Assembly (NCBI RefSeq): GCF_006345805.1
Contig: NC_043000.1
Location: forward strand, 109,616,001-109,680,000
Direction: 5' to 3'
Source: Octopus sinensis
Lineage: Eukaryota
DNA: 64,000 nt
Shown here: positions 51,067 to 62,091 of the stretch, piece by piece
How the letters are laid out: the number at the start of each line of letters is the position of its first letter
How positions within the stretch are numbered: the stretch's first letter is position 1
Program-made: the position numbers and the translations under genes
Notes under the pieces: generated by a model
The model's database searches: none
Seen by the model: the letters and a program-made list of their open reading frames with translations, nothing else
What the model was told of the DNA's origin: nothing

Positions 51067-51284
51067 CGAGGGGGTGGGGCTGAAAAGTTCCTGGTTTTAA
51101 GAGTATCGCGAAAGGCCTGGTTGCAAACCCAACCTTCCGAGTTCTTTTACAGGGCTTAGAAAAACTGAAGGACCGCTGCAATAAGTGCGAATCCGAGAGG
51201 GGAATATGTTGGATAAAACCGTAATTAACTGATCCTCCTGTATTTTCTTTGACCCAAAACCAGGAACTTTTCAGCACCCCATCG
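51067..51284 (+). mobile_element. Mariner-derived MITE
   Basis: ~30-bp TIRs CGAGGGGGTGGGGCTGAAAAGTTCCTGGTTTT / AAAACCAGGAACTTTTCAGCACCCCATCG; the interior keeps a transposase 3' end (GLEKLKDRCNKC...GEYV). Confidence 0.85.
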
Positions 51285-52144
51285 TGTGTGTGTATACATA
51301 CATCTATGTATATATATATGTCTGCAGGTATATACATATGTATAAAAATATCTATGTATATTGTGTGTGTGTGTGTGTAATATATTCTTCCTTCTGAAGT
51401 CAATAAAATAACATCACCACAGATGTGTGACCCTCTCAATAGCTTTGTTTCTTCATAACTTTTTAAAAAATTGCTATTTTTTAAAATAAAATTTTCAAGA
51501 AATACGTTTCAGACGCTGTAAATATCTCAGAACTTGACATTTTAAAAAGAAATCGTGGTGAATGTGGTGGGGGCACACATCTGTAGTTATACTGATAAAT
51601 ACCAGTAAAATACTATGGGTAGTACACTCAAGTAACTGTCTTCCTTCAAAATTGCTGTCCTTGTGCATCATCTGTTAACGTCCATTTTGCATGCTGGCAT
51701 GGGTTGTACGGTTTGACAGGAGCCAGCCAGCCAGAGAGCTGTCCTGATTCCGTTTGTTTGTTTTGCATTTTATTATAAAGTGCTTGGCTAAAAGTATAAC
51801 ATTTATTATACTCCCTAAATGTGGATGGTAAGAGAGATGTCCAGTTATGTTCCAACCTCTGCATACACAAACCACTCTATGCCTTCTTTTTTTATTTTTA
51901 GTTTATCCAAACTGAAGAAGATAAGCACTTGTACTGTTCGTGATTAATTCATTTGTCTCTCTCTTGTACATCTACGTTCTTGTGTCAATATAGAAAGAAA
52001 ATTAAAAAATAATAAAAATAAAAAATAAATAAAAAAAGTAAACGAGTGGAAATCGGACCAGTGAGTGTGTTAAATAAGGCACTAAAAGAGAATAATTCTC
52101 CCCAGACACAATAAATTATTGTTATTAACTTACAAATGTGTAGT

Positions 52145-52465
52145 GAAGGTGTGTGGTGTAATGGTAAGAGTGTTTGGTTTATGATCATAAAGTCGTGTGT
52201 TCAATTCCCAGCAGCATGTTGTGTCCTTGAGCAGGCCCCTTTATTTCACATTGGTCCAGTCCACTCAGCTGGCAAATGATGAGTTGTACCTGTAATTCAA
52301 AAGAGCCAGCCTTGTCACATTCTGAGTTACGCTGAATCTCCCTGAGAACTACATTAAGGGTGTCTGTGGAATCCTCAGCCACTTGCATGTTAATTTCACG
52401 GGCAGGCTGTCCTGTTAATTGGATTAACTGGAACCCTCGTCGTCGTAACCGACGGAGGGCCAGTT
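52145..52465 (+). mobile_element. CORE-like tRNA SINE, third family
   Basis: tRNA-like head followed by TGTGTCCTTGAGCA; related pieces at 5270-5410 (minus) and ~37010-37290. Confidence 0.6.
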
Positions 52466-52887
52466 TGTAAATGTAAAAAAAAAAAAAAACTCATATCCCC
52501 ACAAACGTACGGAGCTTGTGCTGCTACCCTAGTGTGTTTGTTTTATCAATATTTTTGCTGTATTCATAAGTTAATATTCACCTGTGGCCTATCTGTTTGC
52601 AACCACTGCTACCATGAGAGTAATTTCATTCATGTAAATGATCCATATTATTAAAAGATCAATATAAATCAAAAGAATTTGATTTGTTTAAAATATTGTT
52701 CACTCTGATTGTATCTGTTTTAATAAGACCTGATGATTAAAAATGTATACAAAAAATAAACATCACCATCATTTAATGTCCACTTTTCCATTCTTGCATG
52801 GGTCAAACAGTATATGTTAAGGTAGATCTTCTATGGCTGGATGCTCTTCCTGTTGCCAATCTTTACCTGTTTCCAAGTAAGGTAATA

Positions 52888-53796
52888 TTGGGTCAGCCCA
52901 TAAGTAATGCGGTTTTTTGAATTGCATGAGCTAAAAGTCGGAGAGGCACAGGATAAACTACCTGCATCAACTTGCTATATAAAAAAAGCAGGTAGTAATT
53001 TTACCTTGTCTTTATTCTTAGTGTAAGTTCTGAAGAGTGCAGTTCGATTTTAAGAGTTATTTTTTCAAAGCTATAATGGAAGTGACAAAGGAGCATATTC
53101 GGCATATTTTGCTTTATGAGTTCAACAAAGGCAACAACGCAACAGAAAGTGCAAGGAATATTAATGCAGTACATGGGGATCAGACAATAAGCGCAAGCCA
53201 GTGTCAACGGTGGTTCCAGAAATTCTGAGCTGGAAACTATAGCCTAAAAGACGAGCCTCATCCTAGAAGACCTGTAGATCTCAACAAGGACATCCTGCAA
53301 ACCCTGGTGGAACAAAATCCCATTGTAACTGTTGAGGAACTAGCAGAGAAGTTTGGATTTGGTCATTCAACCAGCTAAGCGCTAGAAGAAAAATGACCAT
53401 CTTTGATTTCAAGATGAAAAGTTTTCTTCCATCTTGATAATGCTCGGCCACATACAGCAAGGATGACATTCCAAAGGCTGGAGCAGTTTCAATGGGAAAT
53501 GATGCCCCACCCACCGTATTCGCTGGACATTGCCCGATCTGCAGTCTTCAAAATCATTTCTATGGAAAAAATATAAATGCTGTAGACAAGGTCAGAACAT
53601 TACTGGAGGAATATCTTTCGTCACAGACAAGTGAATTTTGGAAGAAGGGCTTTGCAAGTGTACCAGACAGATGGAAGAGTATTGTAGAAAATAAAGGAGA
53701 GTATATTTTAGATTAAAAAGAACTTTGTTTATCTTAATTTTGAAAAATAGAAGAAGTATAAAAAAAAACCAACATTATTTATGGAGAATGATCCGA
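52888..53796 (+). mobile_element. Internally deleted mariner transposon
   Basis: TIRs TTGGGTCAGCCCATAAGTAATG / CATTATTTATGGAGAATGATCCGA. TA TSD interrupts a repeat seen intact at ~42500. MEVTKEHIRHILLYEFNKGNNA...RWFQKF, HLDNARPH, HPPYSLD, RWKSIVENKGEY motifs. Confidence 0.95.
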
Positions 53797-54704
53797 TATT
53801 TTCCATTAACCAGACATGTTTTTTGTAGAAGACTGAAAATGAATGACATTGCTTGTATGACAGTGATGCTCATTTACAACCACAGCATGAAGACAAGAAG
53901 AAACACACACGCACACAGTGGGCTTTCCAAATCCACTCACAAAGCTTTGATAAATTTGAAGCTAAAGTAGAAGAAACTTATCCAAGGTGACACACAGTGG
54001 GACTGAACCCGAAACCACATTGTTGGGAAGCAAGCTTATTAACCACATAGCCATGCATACAATTGAAACTTTATGCTACATCCTCATTCCTATAATTATC
54101 CTACATCACACACACACGCACACACATCAACTTCACTGATGCTTGTCTGTGGAATATTGAACCCACTTTTAATTACTTTGGAAAATGTGTTTACCATCCC
54201 TTTATTTTTAATTATTATACACACTGTATATGATTACACATCTCTTCATAATTATATACACTCAGTACTTGTATGTTTGTGACCTAAACACCACAATCAG
54301 ATGTCGATATACTTTTTTGTAGCTCTTGGTTGAAAATATTTTTTCCACGTTGCATAATTGTTCTGTTTCCTTTAGAACAGATTTAAAATAACATTCTTTA
54401 TATTTATTCGGCACCTCCTGTTTCTGAATTCAATTCCCACCAGAGTTAAATTTCCGCATTTGCTTCTAGTTTGGAATTTAGTTTTCTACGTCAGTCATAT
54501 ACTGACCCACCACCATCACCTCACACAAAAAAACAAAAAAAAATCAGCAGTATTTGTATTCAGATAAAATTCACTATTTCTTGATTGGTGTTTGTCCATC
54601 CATTTTTGCAACCTGCTGTTCCTGGGGAGTGGGGATCACAAGGGTAGAGTTCTTAGGCACTTCATCCATAGAGTCTTACAGGAGAGCCATCATTACACTT
54701 TCCA

Positions 54705-54942
54705 AGGCGGCGAGCTGGCAGAATCGTTAGCACATGGGGCAAAATGCATAGCCGTATTTCATCTGCTGTAATGTTCTGAGTTCAAATTCCGCCAAGGTTG
54801 ACTTTGCCTTTCATCCTTTCGGGGTCGATTAAATAAGTACCAGTTACACCCTGGAGTCGATGTAATCGACTTAATCCCTTTGTCTGTCCTTGTTTGTCCC
54901 CTCTATGTTTAGCCCTCCCCTCCTTTGGGCAATAAAGAAATA
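54705..54942 (+). mobile_element. tRNA-derived SINE (same family)
   Basis: 16-bp TSD ATCATTACACTTTCCA. Confidence 0.9.
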
Positions 54943-56016
54943 ATCATTACACTTTCCAACCAGATTCCCAAGCTTGACCAACAGAGCTATGTGTATTATC
55001 CAACCGTTATTATTCTTGCTCTACCCCTCGGTCTCTTGCCAATTGATTCACCTTGAAGGATCCATCTTGCATTTCTTTCCCGTAATATTTTAATTGCATG
55101 TTTGTGGTTCTGGAGCCGTGGCCTCGCAATATGGAGAAGCAGCTGAAAACCTAAAAAATGCTATCTTTACTGTTGATCCATCTAAATAAGGTGGAAATAT
55201 AAGAAGAAAGAAAAAAAAAACCAGTACAACCAATTCACAGCAAATACTGAAGACTGAATCCCCAACTTGGCAGCCAAATTGGTGGTGCTATCTAGCCTGT
55301 CACTGCTGCTTCTTGTAAGACTGCGACCATTTGATACTGCTTTTGGTTCTATTACAAACACCACATTTTAAAGTGTTAATGCTTAAATTAAAATCTTCCA
55401 TTATAATTTTCTGAAAAAACTGCTTGTTCAGTTTTGCACCAAACACCATTTTAAATGTTGAAGTTATTAAACTCAATCTTCACAAATTCTTATTTTCAAG
55501 TTTAATAATTGCAGTGTGTTCATTATTAATATGGTAACAAAAAGATTAAATCTCCAATATATACTTATATCACACATACACACATATAAACTAATAAGAT
55601 AAAGAGTTTGAGTTGATCTTTAATGACCAGTTGCAATTGTTTCTGCTACTATAAATGATAGCCAAAGGGGTGAAAGGCAAGTTGACCTAGGGAGAATTTG
55701 AACTCAGAATTGAAGACATACTGCTAAGCATTTTGTCCAACACGCTAATGCTTCTGCCCACTCACCATCTTTTTCTGTAGACAGTTTTTAACTGACGTTG
55801 ATGATGATGTTTTTGTTTTTTCAAAATCAGAGATCGTATTCATGCAAGCTGACCAGTTTTGATGATACCTGGATGTAAATGTCTTTTCCTTTATGATGCT
55901 AATCGCCCCTCAAAAGGTATGAATATCACTTAATCCCTGTTCAACATCCATTATAACTTGGAGTCCTTTTGTTTGGGACACAAACTATTTCTGATTACAT
56001 TTCTTCCTGTTCCACA

Positions 56017-56120
56017 GCTATTATAGGCCTTGAATTCATATCTTTAGCTCCGGCTATTATAGGCCTTAAGTTCAAATCTTCAGCCCCTGGCTATTATAGG
56101 CCTTGAGTTCAAATCTTTGG
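56017..56120. repeat. 36-37-bp tandem repeat, 3 units
   Basis: GCTATTATAGGCCTT(G/A)A(A/G)TTCA(T/A)ATCTT.. x3. Confidence 0.85.
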
Positions 56121-59100
56121 CAAGCATCTCTTATATTTGGGTCAGACAACTACTTCCGCACTGCCCTAGAACCCAAGAAAGAAAATATGGAGCAGGTCTT
56201 GTGGGAATATCATCTCATACCTTATTCAAAAGCAATGATTTGTTTCCATTAGTTTCAAACCGTGACTATAGTGCTCAGTACACAATAATACAAACTTCCA
56301 CAACACAAACTCTATTCTGAATATATCTATTATATAATAGGTAAAACATTGATTAATATATCTTGAAATGTCTAACCAGCTGTTTTGGATCAATCAATTT
56401 GATTTGAAGACTGGTTAGTATTGATATGGATAAATCGAAAGAAATACACTCACCCTGGACTCAGATATGCATGCACTAGAAAATTAATTGATATAACTTT
56501 TCAAGGATCATTAAGTCACCATCAAAGTTCCCATCTTGTATATTCTTAAATGGAAAATCAATTGCTTGCTGGGTATTTCTATGGAGGCTGTTGGCTATGC
56601 TGGAAATAAGTCAGAACATGTAAGAGTAGTGAAACTGCTTGAGTGCAAGTTCAACCTGTGTCCCTTTGTCAACTTAGATGACTACTAAGAAGTTTTCTTC
56701 CCAACCACACAGTTCCAGGTTCAGTCCCACTGCATGGCACCTTGGGCAAGTGTCTTCCATTGTAGCTCAGGGCCAAACAAAGCTTTGTGAGTGGATTTGG
56801 TAACTAAAAACTGAAAGAAGCCCATCACATATATATATGTGTGTGTTTGTCCCCCAGTCTTTCTTGACAACTGGTGTGGGTTTGTTTACATCCCCATAAC
56901 TTAGCAGTTCAGCAAAAGACCAAGATTAAGCAGCAGTATTAAGAAATAATCACTGAGATCAGATTGTTCAACTAAACCCTTCAAGGCAGTACCCCAGCAT
57001 GGCCACAGTCCAATGACTAACAAGTAACAGATAAAAGATCGTTGTGAAGGATGAGATGTTGTTTGAGTTTTTACCTGAAACAGGTTTACTCAGTGCTCTT
57101 ATCCTAACGAGGCAACTTCAACTACATAAAATGTGTTATTTTTTATTTTTGCTAACTAAGAGCAAACCTCTGTGTACATTTACTCATGCATAAATCCAGT
57201 AATTTTTTACTAGTTTCATCTTGTCTCTTTGTTTTCTCTCCGTGTTTGCAATATGGACAATTAAGGTGGTTTTAAAGTCAGATCATGGGTGCTATTTTCA
57301 GCATGGCGGTATCTCGTAGATACCCTAATTTATAATTTTAATAATTATTACCTTTGAAGGTTATTTTTTCCATGCTGGCCACTTGATAAAATTGTTATTT
57401 TATTTTAACTTAACGATCTTATCCTTATATATATGTGTGTGTGTATGTGTGTACACATTGTGTATACATACATGTAAATAGTGATCAATGCTTTCCTAAG
57501 AAGTAAGTGAAATTGAAACAAAATATTTTGATTAAAACAAAGGGAAAATACACTTCAAAAAACCTTTTTGGTGTCACGTGTGTGAAGCTCAGCACGTTCT
57601 GAGAATTTCCTGCTAGACTTTGGCTTTTATGTACCACTATGTACCTAATGATTATCTAAAACTGGTTGTCCAGCTATTTACCTTTTCTATTCCACCCACC
57701 TTACTCGTCACCGCTTCTATTCTCGTTTTCTCTTTTTCTCTTCCTCTGCAAAATGAATATTCTCTCCACCTAACACATCTTGAGTTTGAATAACAAGGGT
57801 TTCATTATCTGTTCGGGATACAAGTTCTCTTTAATACTGCCTTCCTTCAGTTTACCTAGATTTGGGAAATAATAAACTTCAATGAACTGAAAATATTTTC
57901 AGAGATATCAAAGAGTTTTATCTAAGTGTGTTTCTCAATATATCTTTCCTTTTTTTTTAAGATCCCCAAAGCATTGAGATAAATTTGACAGCTATTTCTA
58001 GCAAGTTCTATTGACTGTAGAGCAGGCATGGGCAACTGTTTTCAAGAAGCAGACCACATAAGACCTAGTTATGATTGTGTAGGTTGCACTACTAAAAAAG
58101 ATTCAAAGTAATTTTTCATTAGGGTGCTATTCAGAAAGTCCCATGGTGGGTGTAGAGGACCCCTGGCTGGCTCTTTGAGTGTTTTGTTATCTTTTAATGC
58201 CGACTTCAAATTCTATCATAGCTGTACATTGGTAAAAGATAAGGTCTCCTTGATTATCTTAATTTTAGAAACATTTGGAGACAGTCTTTAAATGGTGCTC
58301 CGGTAAGGAAATATATGGTAAGGTCTTGCGTTAAGTGACCCACACCTTTTCAATAAATTAAATGTTTATCTTTTCTCTTTTACTTGTTATAGTCTTTGGG
58401 CTGTGGCCAGGCTGTGGCACCACTGTCTTGAAGGGTTTAATCAAACAAATCAACCCCAGTACTTATTTTATCTGTCACTAAGTTACGGGGACATAAACAA
58501 AACAACACTGGTTGTCAAGCATTTGGTGGTGGTGGTGGTGGTGGGGAGACAAACAAAAGCATAGACACACAGACATGTGTATGATAGGCTTCCACACAGT
58601 TTCCATCTACCAAATTCACTCACAAAGCATTGGTTGAATTGGGGCTGGAGTACAAGATTATAGCCCAAAAGTGCTGTACATTGGGATGGAACTGAAAACG
58701 ACATCGTTTCAAACTAAGTTTCTTGACCACACAGCCATTCCTGCTTCGTTTCATTTTTTTTTTTTTTTTCAATATTTTCTCTTTCATTTTGGAATTGTTT
58801 GGTTGTTCACATTAAATAATGTTAATAACTGATTTCACTTTGTGCATCTCCCTTTGTTTATGAATTGTTTATGAAATGTTGTGTTAACAACAAACAAGAT
58901 GAGGACAAATATCTGTCAAATGTAAATGATGGTGCAAAAGAGTCATCCACCTGGAATAGGGAATTGCCAACAAATGGTGGCTGCAGCAACATGCTGTTAC
59001 AGCCCCCACCCCCATGCTACTATTACTACTATGCTAGTATAAAGAGGAGGGTATATTTTGGAACAATCCTTTTTTACCGTCCAACCCATGCTAGCATGGA

Positions 59101-59455
59101 AAGCGGACGTTAAACGATGATGATGATGATGCTCTTTCATATATGCTAACCACTAAGTTGTGGAACCTACTGTAAGTGAGGGGCAGTGATGCAAGCAGTT
59201 TTGTGCTTTGCCTTAATGTATATCTATCCTTGGGTGGGATTTGGTTCCAAAAGGAGCATAAAGATCTATGAGTCATCACCAAACCCATGCAGGCATGGAA
59301 AAACAGACGTAAAAATGGTGAATAAGAATATACATACATTGTATGTGTGTGCGTGTGTGTGTATACACACACACACATGGGGTAGCCAAGTATCTCCTAT
59401 AGTAAGACACCTATCTCTATTACACCCTGACCTTTGACCTGGCACCACTCCCTCT

Positions 59456-59614
59456 CCGTTGACACTGGCTTGCGCTTATTGTCTGATCCCCATGTACTGC
59501 ATTAATATTCCTTGCACTTTCTGTTGCGTTGTTGCCTTTGTTGAACTCATAAAGCAAAATATGCCGAATATGCTCCTTTGTCACTTCCATTATAGCTTTG
59601 AAAAAATAACTCTT
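59456..59614 (-). mobile_element. 159-bp inverted exact copy of mariner segment 53052-53210
   Basis: No mismatch found by eye; flanked by direct repeats GG(C/T)ACCACTCCCTCTCC at 59441-59457 and 59615-59631. Confidence 0.9.
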
Positions 59615-61092
59615 GGTACCACTCCCTCTCCTAGCTGAGAGGTTTTCATCTTGCAAGTTACTTGGTAACCCCACTGGTGTTGGTGCCACATAAAAAGCAC
59701 CCAGTACACTCTGTAAAGTGGTTGGTATTAGGAAGGGAATCCAGCCTTAGAAATTTTGCCAAGGCAAACAAAGGAGCCTGGTATGACTCTCCAGCCTTGC
59801 CAGCTCCAACTTCTGTTAGTCTGTCTAACCAACCCATGCCAGCATGGAAGCCAAATGTCAAATGAAGATGATGATGATACACACACACACCACGTACCTA
59901 CAAATCATTCACATGAAAAGCACACAGTCTACTCTGTTAAGTGGTTGGCGTTAGGAAGGGCCTGCCACCAAAACGGGCAATGGAGCTGGGTGCAATCCTC
60001 TGGCTTGCTAACTCCTGTCAAGCCATCCAACTGACTTTAAATAAAGAGGATGATAGAAACACACTCACCACACATGCATAAATGTCTGTTGGGTTTCATT
60101 GTTAGGAAATGAAACATAATAAAGTCAGTCTCAAGTGACCATGATTTAGAAAGAAAAAAAACAGAAACTGTTCAGTTTGATGTTTCTTTATATGTCAAGC
60201 ATTCCTTCGCTGACTTAATGAATGGGAGGTTGTGCTTGGGGTTATTAATAAAGTCTATGGTTTATCTTTGCCTGGAAATGCAATCTTGTTTGTGAGTGTG
60301 TGTGCAGCGACACAAACACTCCTCTCAGGTGGTTTTTTTCTTTCTTTTAGTGTCTTCATTTACTTTTACTTGTGTGTGTGATTTCTTTTGTTGCATGAAA
60401 ATATACAAGTTTTTTCTTTTACACACACCTTTTCTTTGTGAGGCAATAAAATCATTCACTGTGTCTACCTTTGTGTGTGAGGCAAGGGGGTGAGTTAATA
60501 TACTTGTGTGTGTTTTATGAGAACTGGGATATTATTCATACACACGTCCACAATTTTTCTGTGAACTATAGAATGACTCACTAACACATATGTCTACTAC
60601 ATATGTATATGTGTATATATCTCTTTAGTACAAGAAATCACAATGGCCTTCTGCAACATATTCATACCACAGTGTGTGTGTGTGTGAGGGTCCTATTGTA
60701 TCACAAGTGCTTGTATACAGTCAATTCATAAACTGGTCTCCTGCTCTCTTTCTCAAAAGAGGAGGTTTCTTGAATAATTTTCCTTGTGCAACAGGTAACT
60801 TTACAAGAAGTTCTTCTTCCATTGGCCATTTTAATGATAGAATTCCTTTATTTACCTAGAGACAGTGAAATAGCAGCAGTTGGGAATAAATGAAGGTAAA
60901 AATTAGGATAAACTGATGTGGTTTATAGAAACACACATTCACTTAGCTGCCAACACACTCGTATATAGATATACCTACCAGCTTTCTGCCCATCCACTTA
61001 TATATAGGTATACCTACCAGTTCAGTTCTATATTTAAGAGATGAGGAATTATTTACATTCGACGGATATTTGTCCTCATCTTGCTTGTTGTT

Positions 61093-61138
61093 AACACAAC
61101 GCTTCAGCTGATATACCCTCCAGCCTTCATCAGGTGTC
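61093..61138 (-). ncRNA. Hammerhead motif, core-mutated (GAAG for GAAA)
   Basis: Inverted copy: GACAC CUGAUGA A GGCUG..CAGCU GAAG C GUU GUGUU. Confidence 0.65.
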
Positions 61139-61186
61139 TTGGGGAAATACCTTAGGAATGAGAACCCAGGTTTGAAATTTCCCCAA

Positions 61187-61232
61187 GACACCTGATGAAG
61201 GCTGGAGGGTATATCAGCTGAAATGTTGTGTT
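61187..61232 (+). ncRNA. Minimal type-I hammerhead ribozyme motif
   Basis: GACAC CUGAUGA A GGCUG-gaggguauau-CAGCU GAAA U GUU^ GUGUU; helix I GACAC/GUGUU, helix II 5 bp, loop-less helix III. Confidence 0.75.
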
Positions 61233-61913
61233 AACAACAAAGATGAGGACAAATATCCATCAAATGTAAATAATATACCTACCAGTTTTTTGCCAATACA
61301 TCATTATCATCATTTAATGTCCATGCTGGCATGGTTTATACGGTTTGACCAGAGCTGGCAAGCTTGACAGCTGCACCCAACTCCAGTCTGATTTAGCATG
61401 GTTTCTACAACTGGATGCTCTTCCTAATGCTTACCACTCTACAGTGTGTGCTGGGGGCTTTTATGTGGAACTGGCACAAAATTCTTGCAGGCCAATTGTC
61501 TTCATATATATAATTATAGCCACTAGCTTTTTGCTGACAGACTCCCATATATGGTTGTGGTGAAATGGTCAGGTGGGCAAGGCAGTGGTATAGCACAGTG
61601 TAATCTGTGAGTTTCCTTCATTTACTTTGCTTTCAGAACTGGCACCAAAGCATCTGGGAATGGCACCTGTAATTGCCTGTTGTCATAACAAAAACACTTC
61701 TTTCTCAGCAGATATTTGTCATTATTTATGCATACATGCATAAATACATCATCATCATCATCATATCTATGTGGCCCAGTACCAAATGTGCCACATCCCC
61801 AGTGGCTGAAGACCCATTCCAAAAAAGGCAGAAGCTAAATAAACCTGAAGAATCTCTCCTCTGGAGCGTCAATTCTAAACTTTCTCAGTGATGATTCTCA
61901 AACTATAATTTTG

Positions 61914-62091
61914 TCTTGACTCTAAATATAGTCTTGACTCTAAATATAGTCTAGACCCTAAATAGTCTTGACCCTAAATATAGTCTTGACCCTAAATATA
62001 GTCTGGACCCTAAATATAGTCTTGACTCTAAATATAGTCTAGACCCTAAATATAGTCTAGACCCTAAATATAGTCTTGACTCTAAATATAA
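61914..62091. repeat. 18-bp minisatellite, 10 units
   Basis: TCT(T/A/G)GAC(T/C)CTAAATATAG x10; one unit is 16 bp. Confidence 0.95.

Larger units (their letters stand above)
61023..61273. mobile_element. Fold-back Penelope-type non-autonomous retroelement with a hammerhead motif in each arm
   Basis: ~95-bp inverted arms around a ~30-bp spacer; 14-bp flanking direct repeat TATACCTACCAGTT (61009-61022, 61274-61287). Confidence 0.8.

Noticed and set aside
56455-60856. Scattered minus-strand exon-like pieces (~60856, ~57860, ~56590, ~56480)
   Set aside because: Short frames ending in stops, no recognisable protein and no consistent phase chain.
61914-62091. CRISPR-like array
   Set aside because: Contiguous tandem units without unique spacers, in eukaryotic DNA.
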